Shown here one piece after another: positions 18,616-29,834 of a stretch of 64,000 nucleotides of DNA (within the stretch, counting starts at the first letter, position 1; each line of letters opens with the position of its first letter). The stretch lies in NCBI GenBank assembly GCA_020853775.1, contig JADYYH010000093.1, positions 211 to 64,210 of the forward strand. Reading direction: 5' to 3'. A program made the translations under genes and the position numbers. Below the pieces are notes generated by a model. It had not been told where the DNA came from and made no database searches. It was given only the letters and a program-made list of their open reading frames with translations. This DNA is from Nitrospira sp. (GTDB lineage Bacteria; Nitrospirota; Nitrospiria; Nitrospirales; Nitrospiraceae).

Positions 18616-20263
18616 TGCACGATCGATCCCGGACGGACAGACCCTCACAGCTGACCTGTGTATTATAGGTGCGGGAGCCGCCGGTATCACGTTGGCAATG
18701 GAGTTGCTGACGACCGGTCTGAACATTATTTTACTGGAAGCGGGCGGGAAGACGCGAGCAGGAGACAGCCAGGCTCTCTATCAGGGCGCTCTCAACGATC
18801 CGGTCCGTCATCTGCCCCTGGATCAGGCTCGTTATCGCCAATTGGGAGGTACGACATCGCTGTGGGGAGGCCGCTGCATTCCGTTCGATTCTCTCGACTT
18901 CGATCAGCGGGAGTGGGTTGCCCACAGCGGCTGGCCGTTCCCGCAAAAGGTCATGGAAGACTTTTACCGGCGTGCCCACACCTACTGTGAGTGCGGCGGT
19001 TACGACTACCGAGTATCCTCGGCGCTTCCTGGTGCGCCACCTTCTATGCTGCCCGGTTTCGAGGATGGAGATGTGAGTACGTCGGGCATCGAACGGTGGA
19101 GTCCCCCGACACAGTTCGGGAAGGTCTACCGTCCGATTCTCGCGCGTGCAGAGAACGTACGTGTGCTGCTGCATGCTCCTGCGGTTGAGTTGCAGGCCTC
19201 ACCGGACGGCAAGCGGATTGACTCGGTCGACGTGGCGACTTTCAGCGGCCGTCGCTTCAACGTACGCGCACGCACTACTGTGCTTGCGGGTGGCGGCTTG
19301 GAAACCACACGGTTGCTGCTGGCTTCGCGGCGCATACATCGAGAGGGAATCGGCAACCATTCGGACTGGTTGGGGCGCGGCTACATGTCGCACATTCATG
19401 GCGTGATTGCGAGTGCCACGCTCACCGCGGGTCAGGAAGTGATGTTCGGGTATGAAGCCGATCCGCAGGGCGTATTCTGTCGGCGACGCATTGGCTTCTC
19501 CGAGGAGGCCCAGCGTCGTCATCGCCTCTTGAACCTGTACATGTTGCTGGATCGGCCCTTGGTGGGGGATCCGGACCATGGTAACGCGGTGCTTTCCGCG
19601 GCGTTCCTGCTCAAACGTCTTTTGGGGGGGAGACAGCAGGAGCAATTGGGGAAGGGCAAGTACGCCCTCTATTGGAGGCATATCAAGAATATCCTGGCAG
19701 GATCACCCCAGGCCTTGTCGGTGCTGCCAAAGTTCGGACGAAAGCGCCTGCTTCAGCGGCGACGCATTCCTTCCTTGCTGATGCGATCCCGGTCGAATGC
19801 GTATTATCTGTATTTTCAGAGCGAACAGATACCACATCGAGACAACCGTGTGACGTTGGGTGACTCACGGGACGAATTCGGCACGCCGCGCTTGCGCCTG
19901 CATTTTGGAGTTACCGAGCAGGATCGAGAGAGTGTGCAACGAGCCCATGAGCTGCTTGATCAGGAATTGCGCCGACAGAATTGTGGTTACCTGACCTATT
20001 TGGGGAAAGATGTGCCGCAGTTGATGCGAGACGTGAAGGCGGTGCTCGGCCACCACGTCGGCACCACGCGTATGTCCGCAGATCCCTCGGAGGGAGTGGT
20101 GGACAGCCAGTGTCGTGTGCATGGCATCGCCAATTTATTTATTGCCAGCAGTTCAGTGTTTCCAACCTCAAGTCATGCCAACCCGACGTTGACGATCGTC
20201 GCCATGGCTTTACGCCTGGCGGATCATCTGAAGTCGACACAAGCCGTCGTCACAAGAGTCTGA
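18605..20263 (+). CDS. GMC-family FAD oxidoreductase, cytoplasmic
   Basis: IIGAGAAG FAD motif, LGGTTSLWGG, HHVGTTRM, ANPTLTI. No signal peptide. Confidence 0.9.
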   Translation: MLLDARSIPDGQTLTADLCIIGAGAAGITLAMELLTTGLNIILLEAGGKTRAGDSQALYQGALNDPVRHLPLDQARYRQLGGTTSLWGGRCIPFDSLDFDQREWVAHSGWPFPQKVMEDFYRRAHTYCECGGYDYRVSSALPGAPPSMLPGFEDGDVSTSGIERWSPPTQFGKVYRPILARAENVRVLLHAPAVELQASPDGKRIDSVDVATFSGRRFNVRARTTVLAGGGLETTRLLLASRRIHREGIGNHSDWLGRGYMSHIHGVIASATLTAGQEVMFGYEADPQGVFCRRRIGFSEEAQRRHRLLNLYMLLDRPLVGDPDHGNAVLSAAFLLKRLLGGRQQEQLGKGKYALYWRHIKNILAGSPQALSVLPKFGRKRLLQRRRIPSLLMRSRSNAYYLYFQSEQIPHRDNRVTLGDSRDEFGTPRLRLHFGVTEQDRESVQRAHELLDQELRRQNCGYLTYLGKDVPQLMRDVKAVLGHHVGTTRMSADPSEGVVDSQCRVHGIANLFIASSSVFPTSSHANPTLTIVAMALRLADHLKSTQAVVTRV

Positions 20264-20293
20264 GCCATTATTTTTGCGTGAAAGGGGAGCACC

Positions 20294-21307
20294 ATGTATT
20301 GGAAGAATAAGCGCGTACTTGTGACCGGGGGCGCCGGTCAAATCGGTTCTCATCTTGTGGCACGCCTTGTTGCCGCAGGCGCACAGGTGACTGTGGCGGA
20401 CAATCTGTGGCGAGGGAAGAAATCGAACTTGCTCGGCGAGAACGGAGTGCCGGTCATCGACCTGGAAGGTCAATTCCTGGAACTCGACCTGTGCGACTAT
20501 GGTAACTGTGAGCGGGCGACGGAAGGCCAGGATATTGTGTACCACCTTGCCGATGTGGTCGCCGGGATTAACTACGTGTTTGGTAACCAGTTCTCGCTCT
20601 TCAACACAAATCTCATCATCGACTCCAACATGCTGCGGGCGGCCATTGCTAACAAGGTGTCTTCGTATGTGTACGTGGGGACTGCGTGCAGCTACCCCGC
20701 GGAGCGTCAAAGCAAATTGAATCCGCCGCCCTTCAAAGAAGACGACGTGTATCCGGCCTCTCCGGAGTCCTCCTACGGGTGGAGTAAGCTGATGGGGGAG
20801 ATGGGGTGTGACCTGGCCCGCAAAGAGAAACTGCTGGATATCGGCATCCTTCGCTTCCACAACGTGTATGGGCCTCATTGTGAAATGTCTCCTGAGAAAT
20901 CACAAGTCATTCCCTCGCTGATCCGCAAGGCGATTCGCCATCCCGACGAGGAATTTGTGGTGTGGGGATCAGGAAAGCAGCGCCGAGCGTTTGTGTTCGT
21001 GGAGGATATCGTCGATGCGCTCGTCTCTGTGGCCACACAGGGCATGAACCAGGGGGTCATTCAGATCGGCCCCGACTATAGTACTTCGATCAAGGAAATT
21101 GCCGAGCTGGTCTGCGGAATTTCCGGGAAGCAGATCACCATCCGCTTCGATATCAGCAAGCCGGAAGGCGATGTTGATCGCGCGGCGGATTGGAGTAAAG
21201 CGCACGACATTCTCGGTTGGTCACCCAAGACCAACATTCAAGAGGGGCTCGAACGCACGTATGCGTGGTGCGAACGGCAGGTCTTGCAAGGCATCGGGCG
21301 GGTGTGA
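20294..21307 (+). CDS. NAD-dependent epimerase/dehydratase, GDP-mannose 3,5-epimerase-like SDR
   Basis: TGGAGQIG, ACSYP, SYGWSK (YxxxK), RFHNVYGP. Confidence 0.85.
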   Translation: MYWKNKRVLVTGGAGQIGSHLVARLVAAGAQVTVADNLWRGKKSNLLGENGVPVIDLEGQFLELDLCDYGNCERATEGQDIVYHLADVVAGINYVFGNQFSLFNTNLIIDSNMLRAAIANKVSSYVYVGTACSYPAERQSKLNPPPFKEDDVYPASPESSYGWSKLMGEMGCDLARKEKLLDIGILRFHNVYGPHCEMSPEKSQVIPSLIRKAIRHPDEEFVVWGSGKQRRAFVFVEDIVDALVSVATQGMNQGVIQIGPDYSTSIKEIAELVCGISGKQITIRFDISKPEGDVDRAADWSKAHDILGWSPKTNIQEGLERTYAWCERQVLQGIGRV

Positions 21308-21412
21308 GGTCGTGAGACATCTTCCCGCCAGTCCGGCGCAGATGGGTGTGTGACGATCCGGACCGAATGGATTGGACGTTCCAGGTTGTAACAAAAGAAG
21401 TGAGGCAAGATC

Positions 21413-23382
<1,970 letters not shown>

Positions 23383-23431
23383 GCAATGCTGCGACCTCGA
23401 TTCCCAGTTCCCCAATGCCCTCGGTGCTCTC

Positions 23432-24829
23432 TTAGTTCGCGCAGTTCGGGTGTAGTTTTCCATCGGAGAGGTACACGCAGGAAAGAAACGCCGAGGCATT
23501 CGTCGTGACGGCATTTTTCAGAGCCGTTGCCTGCTGAGTTCCGGGACGAATCAAGCAGTCATAGGGGAACACCCCTGGAATCATCCATGAGGGATGGGCC
23601 GACCACATCGCAAAGCCATGGATTTGAGGATAGCCTGAGATGATCCGCGGAAGCGCTGCGGCGATTTTTTGTGCCGCCCAGCTCGAATTCTGCTGAGTGC
23701 CGTCGGGGAATCCCAATTCCATGAAGAACACGGGCTTGGTGGGCGCCACCGTTTTCACTTCTTGCAGGACCGCATCCAGCGCCGTGAAGTGATTCTCAAC
23801 GGGGATCACGTAGTCTTGGGTGAGCCCCGGCCAGTCCTTCGCATAATAATCGATCATATAAAAATCGAGACTGACCCAGTCGACGTATTGGTCTCCCGGA
23901 TAAAAATTTTCGAAGGAGTGGCAGCTTTGCAGAAGTTGCTTCGCGTAAGTCTTGTCCACCGAGGCCGGCAGATCGGTCACGTCGTACTCAATCTGATTCA
24001 GTTGGTTCACGGACCATCCCATTGAATCAAACGTAAGAAACTTGAGCCCTTCTCGGCGAACAAAAAAATCATAGTAGTAACGTTGCGCCGCTTTGAGGCG
24101 TTCTACCCCATCACAGACTTGAGGCGTACCGGTGTCGCTGTAAAGCGAACTGTAAGGAAAGGAAGATGGATTAAATTCCGCAAAGCCACGCTTGTTTTCA
24201 ATGGCCCACTGCAACGATTTGTCACCGGCCGGGCCGAAGCCGCCGAAATAATCGGCCCCGATGCCGTTGGGTTCGCGGCCCGAGATGAAAAATGTCGGTT
24301 TCCCGTACTGGCGGAGTTCGCCGGCGAACCGTCGCAATTCAGCGTCATAGACCCCGTTGAGCAATTTGTCCACGGTGAATCCCTCCGGTGCCTCCGATTC
24401 GCCCGGCGCCGGGTGCGTGTTGTAGGCTTGAACGACGATCACCTTTCCCTCCTGCCAGGCCAAGTTGGCGGCTTGCACGTCGAAATGGGGCTGGCCTGCC
24501 GCATCATATCCATTGGCCCAGGTGCCTCGATACTTCGACCAGAGCGCAGTTTTCCGTCCGCTCGCCGATTCAAATGATGCAATATCATTCTGAGTCCATT
24601 CGTATTGCCCGATGTATAGGCCAGTTGCGGGAGGAGGCGCGATCTTGAGGATCGAATAGTCACGAGCGGCCGTGGTCTGGCTTGACGGAGGGGTAACCGT
24701 TTGCGTTTGCACCTGACGTTTCTTGCGGAATAACCAGGATTGGGCCTCCGCCGGTGTGACGGAATCAAAGGAGAGCCAGAGGCCCGAGATAAAACTGAAT
24801 GCGAGGATGGTGGCGATGTGTGTTTTCAC
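23432..24829 (-). CDS. Second secreted GH26-like glycoside hydrolase
   Basis: Signal peptide (..TPAEA), GREPNG, FYPGDQYVDWV, KPVFFMELG. GGAGG SD before GTG. Confidence 0.75.
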   Translation of the reverse strand: MKTHIATILAFSFISGLWLSFDSVTPAEAQSWLFRKKRQVQTQTVTPPSSQTTAARDYSILKIAPPPATGLYIGQYEWTQNDIASFESASGRKTALWSKYRGTWANGYDAAGQPHFDVQAANLAWQEGKVIVVQAYNTHPAPGESEAPEGFTVDKLLNGVYDAELRRFAGELRQYGKPTFFISGREPNGIGADYFGGFGPAGDKSLQWAIENKRGFAEFNPSSFPYSSLYSDTGTPQVCDGVERLKAAQRYYYDFFVRREGLKFLTFDSMGWSVNQLNQIEYDVTDLPASVDKTYAKQLLQSCHSFENFYPGDQYVDWVSLDFYMIDYYAKDWPGLTQDYVIPVENHFTALDAVLQEVKTVAPTKPVFFMELGFPDGTQQNSSWAAQKIAAALPRIISGYPQIHGFAMWSAHPSWMIPGVFPYDCLIRPGTQQATALKNAVTTNASAFLSCVYLSDGKLHPNCAN

Positions 24830-24861
24830 GGTAAGCCCTCCGAGTATCTGTCTCGATACCC

Positions 24862-24877
24862 AGCAAGGGTCATACCA
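24862..24877 (-). promoter_or_regulatory. sigma54 (-24/-12) promoter for the second GH26 gene
   Basis: Minus strand reads TGGTATGACCCTTGCT: GG-N10-GC with TTGCT, about 33 nt upstream of the start codon. Confidence 0.65.
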
Positions 24878-25045
24878 TGCGTGGCGGAGTGAGCAGGCTA
24901 GAAAATCGCCTTACACGTCGCTTTTATCGGAGTACGTGTTCTCTAGGCGGGCACATTCTTGTACAAAATGCGGGCGGGACCATTCAATCAGACCAAGATT
25001 GTTGGATTTTTCTGCAGACGCTACAGGAGAGTTCAATCACGGCTT

Positions 25046-25405
25046 CTAAGGCTCCATCCCCGGAATACATTCCGTCGGCATGAGTTCGCCGCCGTGGAAA
25101 TGGGAGAGCTGTTTCCATTTCTGCAGCACGGCTGACCCGTCGAACGTCAGCAAATATTCCTCACACCAGATGCCGGGGGCGGTATACCGGTTGCCGGCCT
25201 GCTGTTCGCGAATTTCATAGACCCACACTGTCTCGCCCTCTTCGCTCTTCCGAACTGCTTTGGGATCGCCCAGTTCCTGCCTCACCTCAGTTTGTGTCGC
25301 CCGCCCTTTGACTGAATTCAGATACGCCGCTTCTTTATTTTGAAAATGACTGCATGCGGTGATCGCGATGGCGATCAGGCCGAAGGTCCAGGTGAGTTTT
25401 ATCAT
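25046..25405 (-). CDS. Small lipoprotein (SmpA/OmlA-like domain)
   Basis: Lipobox ITAC after a hydrophobic signal; TQTEVRQELGDP..WVY motif; GGAGG SD. Confidence 0.7.
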   Translation of the reverse strand: MIKLTWTFGLIAIAITACSHFQNKEAAYLNSVKGRATQTEVRQELGDPKAVRKSEEGETVWVYEIREQQAGNRYTAPGIWCEEYLLTFDGSAVLQKWKQLSHFHGGELMPTECIPGMEP

Positions 25406-25697
25406 GTTGCCTCCCGATTCGACGGTGATCCGGTCTGCGCGGTCTACGGTACCATGCGGGATTGTACACCGATAGAACGGATCCGTCTCCTCCACGGTAG
25501 AGACGTATCATGCGCTGGTGCTGTGCCTGCTGGAGCGTTGTACCTGGCGTAGGACGCGAATCAGGGAGAACGGCGCTGGAATCGGTTGCCGGCTTGCAAA
25601 CTGTGACGGTGTAGCGGTGGGGAACGGCGCGAGCGGGCGCACCTCGAATGTGAAATCAGATCAAGGACTGAAAAAATGGAAGGAAAGAGCGGGGAGA

Positions 25698-25889
25698 TCA
25701 GACCGCTTTTTTAACCAGACCCGACCGCAGGCAGCGGGTGCACACGCGGATGCGCAGAGCCGACCCGTTCACGAGTGCTTTCACGCGTTGCAGGTTGGGA
25801 TTGAAGACGCGCTTCGTCTTGTTGTTTGCGTGGCTGACGTTGTTACCGGTCTGATGTTTTTTTCCACAGAGATCACAGGCAAATGCCAC
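25698..25889 (-). CDS. rpmB: 50S ribosomal protein L28
   Basis: [37 protein letters not shown]. Confidence 0.98.
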   Translation of the reverse strand: MAFACDLCGKKHQTGNNVSHANNKTKRVFNPNLQRVKALVNGSALRIRVCTRCLRSGLVKKAV

Positions 25890-25944
25890 GGCCCTACTCC
25901 TTTGTTGCGGCGTCTTTCAACGACTAGTCCTTGGATGGGAAGGG

Positions 25945-25974
25945 ATGCTACCATAGCGCTACGGGCCAAGACAA
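25945..25974 (-). promoter_or_regulatory. sigma70-type promoter for rpmB
   Basis: Minus strand TTGTCT-N18-TAGCAT with extended TGn. Confidence 0.5.
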
Positions 25975-26050
25975 GCTGCCGGGGTGAATTCTCCTTTCAG
26001 GATACCCGCTCTCGTTCGCGTCGCCCTTCATTCCATTTGAGGTCATCGCT

Positions 26051-26308
26051 ATGGATCAGGTCACGCTCATCGGATTGCTCGCGGGTACCCTCACGACCAT
26101 TGCCTTCATCCCCCAACTCCAGCAGACCTGGCGCAGTCGCTCCGCGCAAGATGTGTCGCTGGGGATGTTGCTGACCTTCACGACCGGGGTGTTTCTCTGG
26201 TTGATCTACGGTCTGCTGCTCGGCGCCTTCCCGATCATTCTGGCGAATCTCGTCACCTTGGTCCTGACGCTGGCCATTCTTATTCTTAAACTGCGGTATC
26301 GCTCTTAG
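26051..26308 (+). CDS. SemiSWEET (PQ-loop) transporter
   Basis: 85 aa, 3 TM, AFIPQ, DVSLGM, WLIYG, ILAN. Confidence 0.92.
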   Translation: MDQVTLIGLLAGTLTTIAFIPQLQQTWRSRSAQDVSLGMLLTFTTGVFLWLIYGLLLGAFPIILANLVTLVLTLAILILKLRYRS

Positions 26309-26386
26309 GCTCCTCTCCGGATGGGTCGGTGAATGGCTCTGGTGACGGGGAGTCGCTCCGCGGAGTCCGGTCGCTCAAATTTCACC

Positions 26387-26416
26387 TTGACAAGATTAAC
26401 CCTCCTCTCCTAGAGT
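26387..26416 (+). promoter_or_regulatory. sigma70-type promoter of the btu/cob operon
   Basis: TTGACA-N18-TAGAGT directly upstream of riboswitch 1. Confidence 0.65.
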
Positions 26417-26429
26417 TTGCTTCGTTTTC

Positions 26430-26580
26430 AGACACCTTGGGTGAAGGGAAGAGGGTGCAAAACCCTCGCGGTCCCGCCGCTGTAAATGGGGACGAAACCC
26501 GCAGGCGCCACTGTCCACTTCGGTGAACGGGAAGGCGCGGGGAGTAGGACGAACCATGAGCCAGAAGACCTGCCCAGGGA
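26430..26580 (+). ncRNA. Cobalamin riboswitch 1
   Basis: AAGGGAAGAGGGTGCAAAACCCT, CCCGCCGCTGTAA, GCCACTG..GGGAAG, GAGCCAGAAGACCTGCC; P1 CCTTGGG/CCCAGGG; precedes btuF. Confidence 0.93.
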
Positions 26581-26637
26581 GAGACCCTTTATTCCCTCGT
26601 GGGCTGGGGAATAGGCGAGGATGATCTTGCGGGTGCA

Positions 26638-26677
26638 ATCCTCAGGGTTCCACGTTGGCCCTGGGGATTTTTTATTT
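26638..26677 (+). terminator. Intrinsic terminator-like hairpin downstream of riboswitch 1
   Basis: Stem ATCCTCAGGG/CCCTGGGGAT followed by TTTTTATTT. Confidence 0.65.
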
Positions 26678-27698
26678 GCGCGCTGTTCGAATCCTTTCCC
26701 TTCGTCGGTTCGCAGTCGGATTTATTGGAGTCCTCTGGTATGTCCTACTGCCCTGCCTCCTGTTTGCGTTTGGAGAATCTCCAGGAGACGACACGGTGAT
26801 GAAACGCCGTCAACAAGGCATCCTCACCGGCATGCCGTTTATGGCCAATATCACCCCGCGTACGTTCATCGACGATGCGGGGAGGAAACTCTATGTCGCC
26901 AAGGCTCCCACGCGGGTCGTGTCATTGGCGCCGAGTATCACGGAAATGCTGTTTGCGCTGGGACTGGATGAACAGATCGTCGGGGTGACGGAGTTTTGCG
27001 ACTTTCCACCGGCTGCGGCACCCAAACCGAAAGTCGGCTATAGCAATCCCAATCTCGAATCGCTCATTGCCCTCCGTCCCGAGTTGATCGTGGCGCCGCT
27101 CGAGTTTCATCGCGCCAATGTGTTGGCCAAGCTGGAGGAATTGAAGATTCCGGTCCTGCTGCTTGAAGCCGCATCGGTAGAACAGATTTTTTCGCACATC
27201 CATACGCTGGGCCGCATTTTTGATCGCTCGACGGTCGCCCACGCCATGACGGCGGACATGCGAACCCGGATGGCCGAGATCAGTCGTCGAACGGAGCACC
27301 TGTCGCGCACCCGGGTGCTGTACGTGATCAATAGCCAGCCGCTGATCACGGTGGGGCCCGGCAGTTACATCCATCAGATGATCGGCCTGGCCGGGGGAAG
27401 CAATATCGCCTCGGAAGCCAATTCGCCCTATCCGCGCCTGACGATGGAAACCGTCTTGAAAGCAGATCCCGAGATTCTGATCTTTCCGCGGGGCTCGGTG
27501 GAGACGGTGCCGCGAAGCGAACAGGAATCCTGGCGGCGCTGGACGACATTGACCGCCGTGCAGCAGAACCGCCTCCGCGAAGTCTCGGCTAATGCGCTCA
27601 ATCGCCCCGGCCCACGGGTCATGGAGGGATTGGAATCGCTCGCCAGGGTGATCCACCCTGAAGCATTTCCGTCCGAGTCGGCGCCGGTACAGCCATGA
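26655..27698 (+). CDS. btuF: Cobalamin ABC transporter substrate-binding protein (start uncertain)
   Basis: RVVSLAPSITEMLFALG..VGVTEFCDFP, NLESLIALRPELI, RPGPRV. Alternative starts 26676 or 26799; see findings. Confidence 0.88.
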   Translation: MALGIFYLRAVRILSLRRFAVGFIGVLWYVLLPCLLFAFGESPGDDTVMKRRQQGILTGMPFMANITPRTFIDDAGRKLYVAKAPTRVVSLAPSITEMLFALGLDEQIVGVTEFCDFPPAAAPKPKVGYSNPNLESLIALRPELIVAPLEFHRANVLAKLEELKIPVLLLEAASVEQIFSHIHTLGRIFDRSTVAHAMTADMRTRMAEISRRTEHLSRTRVLYVINSQPLITVGPGSYIHQMIGLAGGSNIASEANSPYPRLTMETVLKADPEILIFPRGSVETVPRSEQESWRRWTTLTAVQQNRLREVSANALNRPGPRVMEGLESLARVIHPEAFPSESAPVQP

Positions 27699-28849
27699 TG
27701 CCTTCAGCCGGCCACCCCACGTCATCTCCCCCTGCACTGACGTCGACCTCGCCGGGCATGGTGCAAACCGGCGATAGGGCGACCGGATATGACCGGCCGT
27801 TTCAGGGCGCGATCCTGACCCCCTCGCGCTGGTGCGCCGTGATGGGTGTGCTGTCGACCCTCGCGCTTGTCCTGGCCACGCTGTGTTTGCAGCTTGGGAC
27901 GCAGTATATCGGCCTGGGAGATATTTTCAGGCTGTTGTCGTCGGCCCTGTTCGAGCCGGTGAGCGACAACGAGGCGTTCCGAACGACCGGCGTCATTCTG
28001 CTCCAGGTGCGGTTGCCGCGGGTGTTTCTGGGATTTCTGGTGGGAAGTTGCCTTGCATCCGTCGGTGTCGCGCTGCAGGCGCTGCTGAGAAATCCGCTGG
28101 CCGACCCCTATGTGCTGGGAGTGTCGAGCGGGGCGGCGCTGGGCGTGGCCATTGCCGTGCTGTTCGGCATCGGGACCACAGTCCTTGCCCTGTCGCTGTT
28201 GCCTGTCTGCGGGTTTGTGGGCGGCCTGGTTGCGCTGTTGGTGATCTATCGCATGGCGGCCACCTATGATCGCCTCCCGGTCCATTCGGTGCTGTTGGCG
28301 GGCGTCATTTTGAATGCCATTTTCTCCGCCTTGATTATGTTCATCACCTCCATCATGGAACCGAACCGGTCGTTCGGCATGATGGCTTGGCTCATGGGGT
28401 CCCTCACGGCGCCGGCCTATACGGTGTTGAGCGCGTTGTCTGCCTATCTGATGATCGGCCTCGTGCTGCTTTTTAAACAGGTTCGGGTGCTCAACATTCT
28501 CGCCTTGGGTGAAGAGCCGGCCCGGTCATTGGGGATCGATACGGAACGGGCGAAACGCTTCATCTTTCTCTTGTCGGCGTTGATGACCGGCGCCGTTGTG
28601 TCCTTCAGCGGCATGATCGGCTTCATCGGCATGATCATTCCGCATGCGGTGCGTCTGGTGGCGGGGGCCGACCATCGATTGCTGCTACCGGCTTCAGCAC
28701 TGGTCGGCGGAATGTTCTTGATGGTGGCGGATACTATAGCCCGCACGGCCTTTGTGCCATCGGAAGTCCCGGTCGGCGTCATTACGGCGTTAGCCGGGGG
28801 GCCCTTCTTTGTCTATCTCCTGGTCTGGCGGAAGGATCGGCTGGCATGA
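27695..28849 (+). CDS. btuC: Cobalamin ABC transporter permease
   Basis: VRLPRV, LRNPLADPYVLGVSSGA, GFIGMIIPH (FecCD family); downstream of a B12 riboswitch. Confidence 0.92.
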   Translation: MMPSAGHPTSSPPALTSTSPGMVQTGDRATGYDRPFQGAILTPSRWCAVMGVLSTLALVLATLCLQLGTQYIGLGDIFRLLSSALFEPVSDNEAFRTTGVILLQVRLPRVFLGFLVGSCLASVGVALQALLRNPLADPYVLGVSSGAALGVAIAVLFGIGTTVLALSLLPVCGFVGGLVALLVIYRMAATYDRLPVHSVLLAGVILNAIFSALIMFITSIMEPNRSFGMMAWLMGSLTAPAYTVLSALSAYLMIGLVLLFKQVRVLNILALGEEPARSLGIDTERAKRFIFLLSALMTGAVVSFSGMIGFIGMIIPHAVRLVAGADHRLLLPASALVGGMFLMVADTIARTAFVPSEVPVGVITALAGGPFFVYLLVWRKDRLA

Positions 28850-29742
28850 GCAGGGTCAGCGCGCAGGGTGCCGTCGTCGATGACGCAGCGAGTAGAGGTA
28901 CGAACGCGGTTCCTGCCTACGATGTGCGGGGACTGCATTTTTGTTATGGCCGGCCGGGTGTTCAGGATGTTCGGTGGGTGCTCCGGGATGTGACGCTGCA
29001 GGTCGAGCCGGGTGAAATCCTCGGCATCGTCGGTCCCAACGGGTCAGGCAAAACCTCGCTGGTGAAATTGTTGGCGAAGCTCGCCGTCCCTCAAACAGGG
29101 GACATCACATTGTTCGGTCGGAGTCTGACCGGCCTGTCCCAGGAAGAAACGGCTCAAACGGTCGCCTTCGTGCCGCAGGAAAGTGCGCAGATGTTTCCCT
29201 TCACGGTGGCGGAGACCGTGTTGATGGGACGATTTCCCCACCGGCACCGGTCCCGCTGGACCCTCGGATTCGGGTGGGAAGATCGAGACGATTGTCTGGC
29301 GGCGGCTCACGCGATGGCCACGATGGACATCGCGCACCTTGCATCACGCGCGGTGACCGACCTCTCCGGCGGTGAGCGTCAACGAACCATGATTGCGCGT
29401 GCCCTGGCTCAAACGCCCCGCGTGTTGCTGCTGGATGAGCCGACGGCCTTTCTCGATCTTCAACACCAACTCGGGATTTGTTCGGTGCTGCGCCGGCTGC
29501 GGGAGGAACGGGGCTTGACGGTGGTGATCGTCTCGCACGATTTGAACCTGGCCAGCCAATATTGTGACCGAGTTGCGATGGTAAGGGAAGGCCGGGTGTG
29601 TGCGCTCGGCACGCCGTCGAGCGTGATGTCGGTTGAAGTGCTGCGCGAGGTGTATGGGTGCGAGGTTTTGATCGACGCGCATCCCGAGTCCGGGCTGCCG
29701 CGCATCACCTTGCCGCGCCAGGTTGTGCCGTTTCATGAGTGA
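28846..29742 (+). CDS. btuD: Cobalamin ABC transporter ATPase
   Basis: GPNGSGKT, LSGGERQR, LLDEPT, VSHDLN. Confidence 0.92.
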   Translation: MSRVSAQGAVVDDAASRGTNAVPAYDVRGLHFCYGRPGVQDVRWVLRDVTLQVEPGEILGIVGPNGSGKTSLVKLLAKLAVPQTGDITLFGRSLTGLSQEETAQTVAFVPQESAQMFPFTVAETVLMGRFPHRHRSRWTLGFGWEDRDDCLAAAHAMATMDIAHLASRAVTDLSGGERQRTMIARALAQTPRVLLLDEPTAFLDLQHQLGICSVLRRLREERGLTVVIVSHDLNLASQYCDRVAMVREGRVCALGTPSSVMSVEVLREVYGCEVLIDAHPESGLPRITLPRQVVPFHE

Positions 29743-29834
29743 GGATGCGAATGTTGCGGGAGGGGTTCCTGCCCGGCCCACCCGTGTGACGAGAAGGGGC
29801 ATGTCATCATTGGAGAACGGAGTGTCAGGAAGAC

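Noticed and set aside
25698-25889. Zn-ribbon cysteines in L28
   Set aside because: Ordinary C+ form of L28.
26685-26694. tRNA T-loop-like GTTCGAATCC
   Set aside because: Flanks do not form a T-stem or a cloverleaf.
26621-26971. 116-aa ORF as an independent protein
   Set aside because: Out-of-frame overlap with btuF and no domain; treated only as a possible leader or frameshift partner.
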